Assembly (NCBI GenBank): GCA_043812915.1
Contig: JBDRLQ010000016.1
Coordinates: forward strand, 36,318 to 100,317
Length of the DNA stretch: 64,000 nt
Direction: 5' to 3'
From: Candidatus Micrarchaeota archaeon
GTDB lineage: Archaea > Micrarchaeota > Micrarchaeia > Anstonellales > Bilamarchaeaceae
Shown piece by piece: positions 55,449 to 64,000 of this stretch. The translations under genes were made by a program, and so were the position numbers. The notes beneath the pieces are model-generated. The model had not been told where the DNA came from. It worked only from the letters and a program-made list of their open reading frames with translations, and searched no databases. Position 1 is the stretch's first letter, and each line of letters starts with the position of its first letter.

Positions 55449-56681
55449 TCAGTATCTGAGGGCTTCCACAGGGTCCATCTTTGAAGCTTCCCTCGCAGGT
55501 ATTATGCCCGCGAGGATGCCTGTTCCAGCGGAGAAAAGGAAAGCGAACCCGAATATGGCAGGGCTAAGGACATAGGGAATCCCGAAGCTCTCAACGACAA
55601 GGAGTATCCCAACCCCCATCAATATCCCGATAATCCCGCCAATCAGGCCCAGCATCCCGCTCTCCATTATGAAAATAAGCATTATATCATTCCGTGTCGC
55701 GCCCATCGCCTTCATCACGCCGATTTCGCGGACCCTCTCAAGAACCCCCATGAACATGGTATTGGATATCCCTATCGCGCCGACAAGGGAAGCTATTATC
55801 GTTATCGCGGCAAGGAAAGAGCCAAGCAGGCCCAGTATGCCGCCAACAGTCTCATTGATGAAGTCCGCGGTTATGACTGTGAAGTCCAGGTTATCCAAAG
55901 TCACCTTGTGGAATGAGGCAATCTTCCGCTCTATTGAGTCCTTGATGTCGTTCTGGTCGAAGCCCTCCTCAATCTGCACGAATATGTAGTTGATTTCGTT
56001 CTTTGTGAGCTGGTTCGCGAACAGCTCCTCCGCGTCCTTGAAAGGGACGTAGATTGCCGAGTCGTCCTGGGCCGAGAGTGAGGTCCCGATCTTCTTGAGA
56101 ACCCCAACAACGCGGTAATTCTCGCCATTGATTACAAGGGTGTTCCCAACTCCGACGCGGTCATTGCCCCAGAGCTCGTTGGCGGCGTCATTGGCAAGTA
56201 CCACTACATTCCTGTCACTGTCCTGGTAAAGCCTTCCACTCTCAATCTCCATGTAGTCATCATACTGATCGAATCCTTTGGCGTCCATGCCGAATATTGG
56301 CGCGGTAATGCTCCTGTCCCTGAATTCCATGCTCGCCCGGCCGAATATCACTCTGGCGACCGATTTAACTCCTGGAATCCCCTCTATCGCCTCGGCATCC
56401 CTCTGAAACAGTTTGCCTGACGATGCCTGCACCGGGCCGCCGCCAAGGGCTTCAAGCCCTCCTTCATCAACATTGACCGGCAGTATGAACATGTTCTCTG
56501 AGCCGAATGCTGACATCTGGTCGTTTATGTCCTTCTGCACGCCCTCGCTGACCGAGAGAATCACCACTAACGCGACTACCCCAATCACAATTCCTATTAT
56601 CGTGAGCACGGAGCGCAGGCTGGCAGTGCGCAGGCTTTTCAGGGCATATTTAGACGATTCTATCAGGTTCAGCCATACCAC
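55449..56681 (-). CDS. ABC transporter permease (MacB/FtsX family)
   Basis: LRSVLTIIGIVIGV, GISNTMFMGVLERVREIGVMKAMGA, PVEALRY. Confidence 0.92.
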   Translation of the reverse strand: MVWLNLIESSKYALKSLRTASLRSVLTIIGIVIGVVALVVILSVSEGVQKDINDQMSAFGSENMFILPVNVDEGGLEALGGGPVQASSGKLFQRDAEAIEGIPGVKSVARVIFGRASMEFRDRSITAPIFGMDAKGFDQYDDYMEIESGRLYQDSDRNVVVLANDAANELWGNDRVGVGNTLVINGENYRVVGVLKKIGTSLSAQDDSAIYVPFKDAEELFANQLTKNEINYIFVQIEEGFDQNDIKDSIERKIASFHKVTLDNLDFTVITADFINETVGGILGLLGSFLAAITIIASLVGAIGISNTMFMGVLERVREIGVMKAMGATRNDIMLIFIMESGMLGLIGGIIGILMGVGILLVVESFGIPYVLSPAIFGFAFLFSAGTGILAGIIPAREASKMDPVEALRY

Positions 56682-57896
56682 CTACTCATATCTCAATGCT
56701 TCCACCGGGTCAAGGGCAGCGGCCCTTTTCGCCGGAACAGTCCCGGAAACAATCCCAACAACAGCGGAGAACAGCACCGCTCCGGCGGCGACAACCGGTG
56801 AAATCGCGACAGTCACTCCGAACGCTCCAATCAGGAGGGCTACAAGGAAAGCCAGCAGAAGGCCAAGAGCCCCTCCGGCCGCGCCAATCATGCTGCTCTC
56901 AACAAGGAAAATCATCATTATGTCTTTCTCCCTCGAACCGAGCGCTTTTAGCACTCCAATCTCCCTCCGCCTTTCCATAACGCTCATGAACATCGTGTTA
57001 GCAACGCCTACGCCGCCAACAAGCAATGCTATGCTGGCAATCGCCCCCAAAAATAGCGAGAGCACTTCAGTGACGCTGTTAATCTGCTCATTTATGAATC
57101 CTGATGTGATTACCCCGAAATCCTTCTCATCCTCGTTCACGCGGTGGGATGCCATCATTATGTCCTCGATCTCATCAGCGACTTCCTCGACATCAGAGCC
57201 TTCCTTCACGCTAATCCTTATCGCGCTGATTTCATTGGCGACCAGCAGGTTGTCGAACATGTCCTCGGCCTCAGTAAACGGAATGAATGTGATTGAATCA
57301 ACATTGAAGCCGGAATTGCCTGTCCTCTTGAGGATTCCAACGACAGTGTACTGCTCCCCTCCTATTTCCATCTTGGAGCCAACGCGGATTTCCTCATCAA
57401 AGCTGTCCTTTGCAAGGTCATTGCCAAGGACAGCCCCCATGCGCTCGTTGTCTAAGAGGAACCTTCCGCTCTCAATCTCAAGAGTGCCGACCGTCTGCCT
57501 GAATATGTCCGGCTCTATCCCGTACACGCTGCTGCTTATCTGCTGGCTCTTGTACTCAAGATAAGTAGTTCCGCTGATTACCGGCGTTATGAATTCTATC
57601 TCAGGAACACGCCTCACGCGCTCATAGTCCTTCTGGTATAGCTTTCCGCTTGAGGGCATGTATGAGGAAGCGCCGAACGAGCCGCCCCCAGCAACGTTTA
57701 TCGGAACGACTATGATTGTCCTCGGGCCGAATCCCTCAAGCTGCTCCGTAATCCCGTCTTTTAGCCCCTGCACCAGCCCGACCAGCACTATGATTGCCGT
57801 TATGCCTACGACGATGCCCATCACGGTGAGCCAGGAACGGAGGCTCCTGCGGCGCAGAGCGTTCACGCCGTAGGAAACCATCTCAAGCAGGTTCAT
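56682..57896 (-). CDS. ABC transporter permease (MacB/FtsX family)
   Basis: LRSWLTVMGIVVGI, GVANTMFMSVMERRREIGVLKALG, LDPVEALRYE. Confidence 0.92.
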   Translation of the reverse strand: MNLLEMVSYGVNALRRRSLRSWLTVMGIVVGITAIIVLVGLVQGLKDGITEQLEGFGPRTIIVVPINVAGGGSFGASSYMPSSGKLYQKDYERVRRVPEIEFITPVISGTTYLEYKSQQISSSVYGIEPDIFRQTVGTLEIESGRFLLDNERMGAVLGNDLAKDSFDEEIRVGSKMEIGGEQYTVVGILKRTGNSGFNVDSITFIPFTEAEDMFDNLLVANEISAIRISVKEGSDVEEVADEIEDIMMASHRVNEDEKDFGVITSGFINEQINSVTEVLSLFLGAIASIALLVGGVGVANTMFMSVMERRREIGVLKALGSREKDIMMIFLVESSMIGAAGGALGLLLAFLVALLIGAFGVTVAISPVVAAGAVLFSAVVGIVSGTVPAKRAAALDPVEALRYE

Positions 57897-57897
57897 G

Positions 57898-59361
57898 TTA
57901 CCTTTTCTCGGGTTTCTTCCTGAATTTGAACCACCAGACGCCCGCACCAATCGCCAGGACTAGCGGTATAGCGATGCATAGGTCTGATGGGCCCTCCACG
58001 TTCGGGCCGTATACCTCGATACTCTGCTCAACGCTGGTGCTCTTCCATTCGCCCGACTTGTCCCTGTAGGTTATGGTGATGTCCAACGGGTAGCTTCCCG
58101 GTGTCAATGCAGTCACCTTCACCTTGAACTGCACAGTTGAGAAATCATCGTTCTCCAGGCTGCCTATGTACCTCTTCGTGGAGATATCCAGCATCTGGAG
58201 GGAGTCCGATTCCATGCCCACTTCCACATTATCTATCCCATACGATCCAAGATTGGAGACAAGCACTGATATCGTGTGCTCCCCGCCGGCTGTTAGCGGA
58301 GCAGGCTTTGCCTCGAGGTAAACTCCGACCTCAACATCCGATGAGATTGTCATCGGGATGTTGACCGACTCGGTCTTGTCAACGTTCTCCTCTACCCAGG
58401 TCACTGTCGCAGGAACCAGGTTAAGGCCAGGCGTATAATCCGCGAATACCACTGCGGAAACGGTAGCGCTTGAGCCAGGGGCGATGTTCCCGACCTCAAG
58501 CTCGTTCTTGAATTTCAGGCGCAGGTTGGTCTCGTCAAAGCTAATCCTGACATCATTGAGCGTTTCTGTGCCGTCGTTAACGACTTCAAGGGTGAGCGTC
58601 CCCTCCTGCCTGGTTATCAGGCTGCCCTTCTGCAGGAATGTGACATCCAGGCGCTCTTTCTTGATTGTAATCCTGACATACTCGGTAGTCGAGTGCTCAA
58701 GCCCGAGCTCATCCTCGTATGTTATGCTGACCGGAAGGTCCGTCGGCCCGTCCACCGCGTTCCTTGAGTCCAGGGTGAGTAATACCTCCTCGCTGCCCGT
58801 TATCTGGCTTATGAATATTTCATTGGTTCCGAAAAGCGCGACCTCCGAGCCCTCGCCAATCTTCAGCTTCACATTCCTGGCTATTCCGCCCTTATTGTCT
58901 ACTGTGAGGCCGACCGTGTCGATTCCGCCGATTAGATGCGTGTCTGTTGTTAGCGTGAATTCAGGCGCGTCCACAACCGTCACCGGTATTGCGACCGAGT
59001 TCGTTATGTACTCCCTCCTATCGGTCCTCTCTTCATATCCGGAGAATCTTATCTCCACAAGATAAATCCCTGATTTGGCACCAGAGCTCACCCTGAAGGG
59101 AAGGGACACGGAAGTAGTTGCTCCAGCGCCCAGATCCACAATCGTGCTCGGGCCGCTGACGGAAACCTCCGGCGGGCTGTATATGGTCATACCGATTGTG
59201 GAAATCTGGTATGTGGTCGGGTTGGATAAGGTCATTGTGATAATACCGCTCCCTCCAGACCTGAACGATTCCTGGGACACATCCCAATCAGGGACGGCAA
59301 TCCCTGCAAACACTCCCCCAATCAACACTCCAAATATCAATAACAGCTTCAGCAGTCTCAT
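57898..59361 (-). CDS. COG1361 S-layer-domain (Ig-like repeat) protein
   Basis: Signal peptide, repeated beta-sandwich modules (NxG...YIGSL, ITYxD), C-terminal TM plus basic tail; typical partner of these ABC genes. Confidence 0.8.
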   Translation of the reverse strand: MRLLKLLLIFGVLIGGVFAGIAVPDWDVSQESFRSGGSGIITMTLSNPTTYQISTIGMTIYSPPEVSVSGPSTIVDLGAGATTSVSLPFRVSSGAKSGIYLVEIRFSGYEERTDRREYITNSVAIPVTVVDAPEFTLTTDTHLIGGIDTVGLTVDNKGGIARNVKLKIGEGSEVALFGTNEIFISQITGSEEVLLTLDSRNAVDGPTDLPVSITYEDELGLEHSTTEYVRITIKKERLDVTFLQKGSLITRQEGTLTLEVVNDGTETLNDVRISFDETNLRLKFKNELEVGNIAPGSSATVSAVVFADYTPGLNLVPATVTWVEENVDKTESVNIPMTISSDVEVGVYLEAKPAPLTAGGEHTISVLVSNLGSYGIDNVEVGMESDSLQMLDISTKRYIGSLENDDFSTVQFKVKVTALTPGSYPLDITITYRDKSGEWKSTSVEQSIEVYGPNVEGPSDLCIAIPLVLAIGAGVWWFKFRKKPEKR

Positions 59362-60092
59362 TTTCGCACCTTCAGATTAGCTTTTTTCTTTTCAGCAGTA
59401 TGGTTCCAGTCATAAATGGTGCCGTCTTTAAGGCGCACCACCCTCTCAGCGATTCTCGTGATGCTCTCATCATGCGTGATAATCGCAATCGTCCTCCCCT
59501 TCTCATGGAGCATTGTTAGTATTTTAAGCACCTCAGCGCCTGTCTTCGAGTCCAGGTTGCCGGTTGGCTCATCGGCAAGGATGATTTCCGGGTCATTCAC
59601 AAGAGCCCGTGCAATTGCGACCCTCTGGCGCTCACCGCCCGAAAGCTGGTTTGGGTAATGGTCAAGCCTATGCCCAAGCCCAAGCTCCTTTAATATCTGC
59701 TTGACCCGCTCCTTCTTGTCACTGCATCTGGTATTGCAGATTAGGAGGGGCAGCATTACATTGTCTGTCACGGTCAGCGAATTAATCAGGTTGAATGTCT
59801 GGAATACGAACCCTATCTTCTCCCCCCTCACCCTTGCCTGCTCATTCTCATTCATGGTGCTTGTGTCCACACCGTCAATGAATCTCTTTCCGCTGCTGGG
59901 GCTGTCAAGCATTCCGATTATGTGGAGCAGCGTTGATTTCCCTGAGCCGCTAGGGCCCAGGATGCACATGAGTTCGTCCTCGAAGATTTCAAGATTGGCG
60001 TTCCTAAGGGCATGCACTTCCACGCCCTCGCCCATGGTGTAGGTCTTGCTGACATTCCGCAGCTCCAGTATCGTGTCGCCCCTTTTTGCCAT
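59358..60092 (-). CDS. ABC transporter ATP-binding protein (LolD/MacB-like)
   Basis: [33 protein letters not shown]. Confidence 0.95.
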   Translation of the reverse strand: MAKRGDTILELRNVSKTYTMGEGVEVHALRNANLEIFEDELMCILGPSGSGKSTLLHIIGMLDSPSSGKRFIDGVDTSTMNENEQARVRGEKIGFVFQTFNLINSLTVTDNVMLPLLICNTRCSDKKERVKQILKELGLGHRLDHYPNQLSGGERQRVAIARALVNDPEIILADEPTGNLDSKTGAEVLKILTMLHEKGRTIAIITHDESITRIAERVVRLKDGTIYDWNHTAEKKKANLKVRK

Positions 60093-60102
60093 TCAAATCA
60101 CC

Positions 60103-60474
60103 TCAAGAAGACATTTCCTGCAGGAATTCTTTTCTTAGCGGGCATTCGCCAACATGCTTTTTTGCATGCGCAATTGCGTTCCTGCCCATCGGAGTTATCT
60201 TATACAACTTCTTCGCCCTCTTCCCGTGCATCTCTGTCTTCTGCGTGATGAATCCCTTCTCGTTAAGCTCTGCGAGCACCGGATATATCCTGTTTGCGGT
60301 GCATGGAAAGCCACCGTCCTTCTGGATTTTCTTGATTAGCTCGTACCCGTGCACCTCTTCCTTTGAAATCAGCCAGAGCAGGAATGTCCTGAACATGTGC
60401 CTGATGACCCGCTTCTCCATGTCCTTGCCCGGGGGTTTTTTGTGTGGATACATATTGTTTCCGATATGTACCAA
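60103..60474 (-). CDS. PadR family transcriptional regulator
   Basis: HGYELIKKI, IYPVLAELNEKGFI, KKLYKITPMG; true start may be 60453. Confidence 0.9.
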   Translation of the reverse strand: MVHIGNNMYPHKKPPGKDMEKRVIRHMFRTFLLWLISKEEVHGYELIKKIQKDGGFPCTANRIYPVLAELNEKGFITQKTEMHGKRAKKLYKITPMGRNAIAHAKKHVGECPLRKEFLQEMSS

Positions 60475-60610
60475 AGTTGATATATTTAAACCTATTCAAT
60501 GGAAAAGGGAAAAAATATCCGGCTCTCCCTGAAATTGCCCATCCGCCGCACATAGCATTATAATTAGTTTTCTTCCAATGGCATCATCTCTTGTTTTCAG
60601 GGGTTTTACA

Positions 60611-61864
60611 ATGGCAGACTATGAAGTAAAAGACATAGGATTAGCAGAACAGGGAAAGCTGAATATCTACTACGCCGAGCGCAACATGCCCATCATGATG
60701 CGCATAAAGGAGCGCTTCGAAAGGGAGAGGCCATTCGAGGGGATGACGATTGGGTTGGCCCTTCACATCACAAAGGAGACTGCGGTGCTCGTTCGCACCC
60801 TGGCCGCGGGCGGCGCGAAGGTCGCCCTCGCAAGCTGCAATCCGCTGAGCACCCAGGATGATGTCGCAGCAGCTCTCGCAAAGGACGGCGTCCATGTATA
60901 CGGATACAAGGGGGAGAACAAGGAGGACTATTACAAGTATATAGAGAATGTAATCGCGCAAGAGCCGGACATCACAATCGATGATGGCTGCGACCTTGTC
61001 ACTGCATTGCACACCAAGCACCAGGACAAGCTGGGGAAAATCATCGGGGGATGCGAGGAGACTACGACTGGGATAATCAGGCTCCATGCGATGGAGAATG
61101 ATGGCGTCCTGAAATGCCCGATGGTGGCGGTCAACGACAACAAGACCAAGCACCTGCTTGACAATTACTATGGTACGGGGCAGTCCAGCATCGACGGGCT
61201 CCTGCGAGCTGCCAACATGCTGATTGCTGGGAAGGTCTTCGTTGTCTGCGGATACGGCGACTGCGGAAAAGGGGTCGCGCTCCGCGCAAAGGGCTTTGGC
61301 GCCAATGTCGTAGTGACGGAAGTGGACGCGTTCCGCGCGATGACCGCCGTGCTTGACGGGTATCGGGTGATGCCTGTTGCCGAGGCGGCGAAAATCGGCG
61401 ACATATTCCTCACTGTTACCGGGGACAAGCACGTCCTTACGGTCGGGCACATAAAGAGCATGAAGGATGGCGCAATCGTCTCCAACTCCGGGCACTTCGA
61501 CAATGAGATTGATATAGAGGGCCTTGAAAAAGCGGCCTCATCGAAGAGGAAAATAAGAGCGTTCCTGGATGAGTACGAGCTTGATGGCAAGAAGATTTAC
61601 GTTGCCGCAGAAGGGAGGCTTGTCAACCTTGGGGCGGCCGAAGGGCACCCGTCCGAAGTGATGGCGACCTCCTTTGCCGGCCAGTCCCTTGCCTGCGAAT
61701 ACCTTGTCAAGAACAAGGGAAAGCTCGGGAACAAAGTGATAAGGCTGCCGGTGGAGATTGACAATCATATCGCCGAACTCCAGCTTGAGGCTATGGGAGT
61801 GAAAAAGGACACGCTCACTGAGGAGCAGAAGAAATACCTCACAAGCTGGCAGGAAGGGACGTAA
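60611..61864 (+). CDS. ahcY: adenosylhomocysteinase
   Basis: LHITKETAVL, CNPLSTQD, EETTTG, KHLLDNYYGTGQS, GYGDCGKG, GHFDNE, GHPSEVM. Confidence 0.96.
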   Translation: MADYEVKDIGLAEQGKLNIYYAERNMPIMMRIKERFERERPFEGMTIGLALHITKETAVLVRTLAAGGAKVALASCNPLSTQDDVAAALAKDGVHVYGYKGENKEDYYKYIENVIAQEPDITIDDGCDLVTALHTKHQDKLGKIIGGCEETTTGIIRLHAMENDGVLKCPMVAVNDNKTKHLLDNYYGTGQSSIDGLLRAANMLIAGKVFVVCGYGDCGKGVALRAKGFGANVVVTEVDAFRAMTAVLDGYRVMPVAEAAKIGDIFLTVTGDKHVLTVGHIKSMKDGAIVSNSGHFDNEIDIEGLEKAASSKRKIRAFLDEYELDGKKIYVAAEGRLVNLGAAEGHPSEVMATSFAGQSLACEYLVKNKGKLGNKVIRLPVEIDNHIAELQLEAMGVKKDTLTEEQKKYLTSWQEGT

Positions 61865-61952
61865 TCCCTTTCCTTATTTTGTAGCGCGGCCCTTCCCCCT
61901 TGCGCATCCACAAAGCATTCTGTCTTATCTCACGCTATACATGCCGTTCCTT

Positions 61953-62987
61953 TTAAGAGCCCTTTTTTCTTTTTGAGTCCTGCTTTCTATCATCCATCAC
62001 AGAGCTGCAATCTTCTGAATGGAGTTCGGTGAGGTCGCCGAACACTTCAACCCCTGCCACGAAATCGTCAAATATCCCCAGCTCGTTCAAGGCATCCACC
62101 ACCATATCTCTCGTGACATCCGCGCATTCACCCCGCTTATCCAGCTGGATGAAGGCTGTGAGCGCATCCACATCCCCCTTGAGAATTTTATGCTCCTCGA
62201 TTATCGCGCATAGGTGTTCATCGACATATCTGTCCCAGGAATCATCGGCCAATTCGCTGGAATCACTGCTGGTTTTGCTTTTCCCGCTCTTCCTGCGCCC
62301 CCTGCAGTGTTTCTCATCAAAGAGCCGTTCCCACAGCCTCCTGATGTCCGCCGCAGTAACAAGGCCGTGGGGTTCACCCATAATCCGGTTATATCTTATT
62401 GCAAGCTCTTCAGGTGTGAGTTCCGGATGCCTTCTTCTAATCGACATCAGGCAATTCCGCTCCGGAAGGCTCCATTCGGCCTTAGGCGCAAGCACGACCT
62501 GCCGGTTATTCTTTTGCGCGAGCAGCTCTTCCACTTCCTTTGTGGAAATCCTTTTTCCGAACCTGCCCCAGAGCCTCTCAGAGATTTTGTCCGTGCCAAT
62601 CCCACGCGCGTGCAATGCAAAAATCAGCCTCTCCATCCCGGACGTTATCCTGGGCGCAGGAGGCAGCTTCTTTCCCCGCTCGTATGCTCCTTTGCCCTCC
62701 TGGACTAATATTGAGAGCTCTTTTCCAAGCTGTGCGATTGTAATTAGGGGCAGTCCTCTGCTTTGGGCAATCTCATTACACTTGGTCGAAATCCTGTTGA
62801 GCAATTTCCTGGTCGGATTCGTGAGAGCTTTCCTTGCGATGCCCTCGTTTATTATCACTCCAATCAGCACCGCCCTCATTGCCGGTGATAATGATGTGCT
62901 GATGTCAAATTGCCCAATTTCCTTAGATGGCTTTTTGCCCTCTCTCCCGTCTCCAGCCCTTCCAGCTCTTGCAGTGACCCTTCCCAT
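61953..62987 (-). CDS. hypothetical protein with possible tandem HTH-like modules
   Basis: 344-aa ORF; GIGTDKISERL and LTPEELAIRY helical modules. Confidence 0.7.
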   Translation of the reverse strand: MGRVTARAGRAGDGREGKKPSKEIGQFDISTSLSPAMRAVLIGVIINEGIARKALTNPTRKLLNRISTKCNEIAQSRGLPLITIAQLGKELSILVQEGKGAYERGKKLPPAPRITSGMERLIFALHARGIGTDKISERLWGRFGKRISTKEVEELLAQKNNRQVVLAPKAEWSLPERNCLMSIRRRHPELTPEELAIRYNRIMGEPHGLVTAADIRRLWERLFDEKHCRGRRKSGKSKTSSDSSELADDSWDRYVDEHLCAIIEEHKILKGDVDALTAFIQLDKRGECADVTRDMVVDALNELGIFDDFVAGVEVFGDLTELHSEDCSSVMDDRKQDSKRKKGS

Positions 62988-63084
62988 AAAATAATGCCTG
63001 TATACACCGTCTTAAAAATTTTTGGAAATGACCGAATTCATGAAAAAACAACAATTATAAACACTTATTTACACATATTATGCT

Positions 63085-63663
63085 ATGCAGAGGCGTCTGA
63101 CTGATTCAAGAACCCAGGAAAGAAGCAATCCATCTTCAAGCACTATTAGGAGGGCCGCGGCAATCGGGGCATTCTCGATGTCCACGCTTGCCCTTCAGGG
63201 CTGCGGCAACAATCCATCCTCAGGCATCGCAGCAGATGCGCAGCCTCGGGCCGCAGCGCCTGATGCGTATAACTCGAAGGTACCAAGGAGCAGGGAGGTC
63301 GAGAGGCTCCGCCAGATAATTTCCGAGAGTAAGAACAACGACGTTGCAAAGGATTACATAGTGGGAATGGCAAATCAGCGCACCGATGCGGAAGTCGTCC
63401 TAATGATTGACCTGGCATCCACGTTCAGGAGATTAGGCATGGGCGGCGATGACATAGTAAACGCGCTGATACAGATCGAGGATCCCTTGCCCGAGAAGGG
63501 TTTTGCGGTAAAGCGCGGCCCGCACGGATTCGAGAGCATGGGCCTGGACACGCTCCTGAAGCGTGCCGAGGCTCTTAGCGGACCAGATTCGAATTATCGG
63601 TTCGGCCACAGATTCGATGTGGAAAGCAGCACCCTCTTCCTAACGATGAGGCATGCCGAATAA
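63085..63663 (+). CDS. hypothetical lipoprotein-like protein
   Basis: RRAAAIGAFSMSTLALQGC lipobox-like leader; TTATAAA about 25 nt upstream. Confidence 0.6.
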   Translation: MQRRLTDSRTQERSNPSSSTIRRAAAIGAFSMSTLALQGCGNNPSSGIAADAQPRAAAPDAYNSKVPRSREVERLRQIISESKNNDVAKDYIVGMANQRTDAEVVLMIDLASTFRRLGMGGDDIVNALIQIEDPLPEKGFAVKRGPHGFESMGLDTLLKRAEALSGPDSNYRFGHRFDVESSTLFLTMRHAE

Positions 63664-63716
63664 AAGCCGCCTCTTCAAACCTTCTTTTTTAAATTCTTCC
63701 TTAGTTATTCATCTCC

Positions 63717-64000
63717 ATGAGTTCTGAGAATGATTACGAGAAGCTACTGGATGGCATCTACGAGAACCTTCCAGAGAGGGCGACGACCGGCGAGCGGTTC
63801 GAGATGCCGAAATTTGAATTCTTCACAGAGGGAAACAAGACGATTATCAAGAACTTCAAGTCGGTGACCGATAAAATCAGGAGGGACCCCGAGATGCTTA
63901 TCAAGTTCCTCACAAAAGAGCTTGCCGTCCCTGCCGAGCAGCAGAGCGAGAGGCTGGTCCTCCAGAGGAGGCTGACTGGCGACATTGTAAACAAGAAGCT
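63717..64000 (+). CDS. eif2b: translation initiation factor 2 subunit beta (partial, runs off the window)
   Basis: Manual translation MSSENDYEKLLDGIYENLPERATTGERFEMPKFEFFTEGNKTIIKNFKSVTDKIRRDPEMLIKFLTKELAVP. Confidence 0.93.
   Translation, partial: MSSENDYEKLLDGIYENLPERATTGERFEMPKFEFFTEGNKTIIKNFKSVTDKIRRDPEMLIKFLTKELAVPAEQQSERLVLQRRLTGDIVNKK

Noticed and set aside
56413-57564. Long antisense/shadow ORFs (also 62029-62994, 25308-26234, 60641-61495, 14586-15434, 10969-11754)
   Set aside because: They overlap better-supported genes on the other strand, have no motifs, and are expected from codon bias

Overview
Archaeal chromosomal window (TFB, Top6A/B, aIF-2 beta, KH-domain Dim2/Pno1, GGTGA ribosome-binding sites, TTTATAAA promoter boxes). 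The many Cys-rich lipoproteins and orphan genes suggest a DPANN archaeon, probably Micrarchaeota-like; that assignment is inference. In order: an AT-rich Fic gene; a metal/redox cluster (rubrerythrin, a ~128-nt structured ncRNA resembling HgcC, NikR-like regulator, atypical ZIP, ArsP-type permease with a CCCC microprotein, DUF134/DUF5320, Trx-CcdA fusion); pyrE and an atypical pyrF; a compact group 4 [NiFe]-hydrogenase operon with a half-size antiporter subunit and an unannotated 39-aa subunit; top6BA; a 1369-aa beta-helix surface protein; a frameshifted ISL3 element; gadC-gadB; tfb, mtaD, pgk, topA; two Kazal + Cys-repeat lipoproteins; a PadR-ABC-COG1361 operon; ahcY; and a partial aIF-2 beta gene. 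The best candidate for an undescribed system is 30332-39485. It holds a 1601-aa single-pass membrane protein of unknown fold, a co-oriented 904-aa lipoprotein with a lysozyme-like SLT transglycosylase domain, and an orphaned diverged copy of that gene's 3' end. It is transcribed divergently from a STAND-like ATPase-wHTH gene across a repeated AACTACA operator-like array. All family assignments come from motif recognition by eye; no searches were run. No tRNA, rRNA or CRISPR array was seen.
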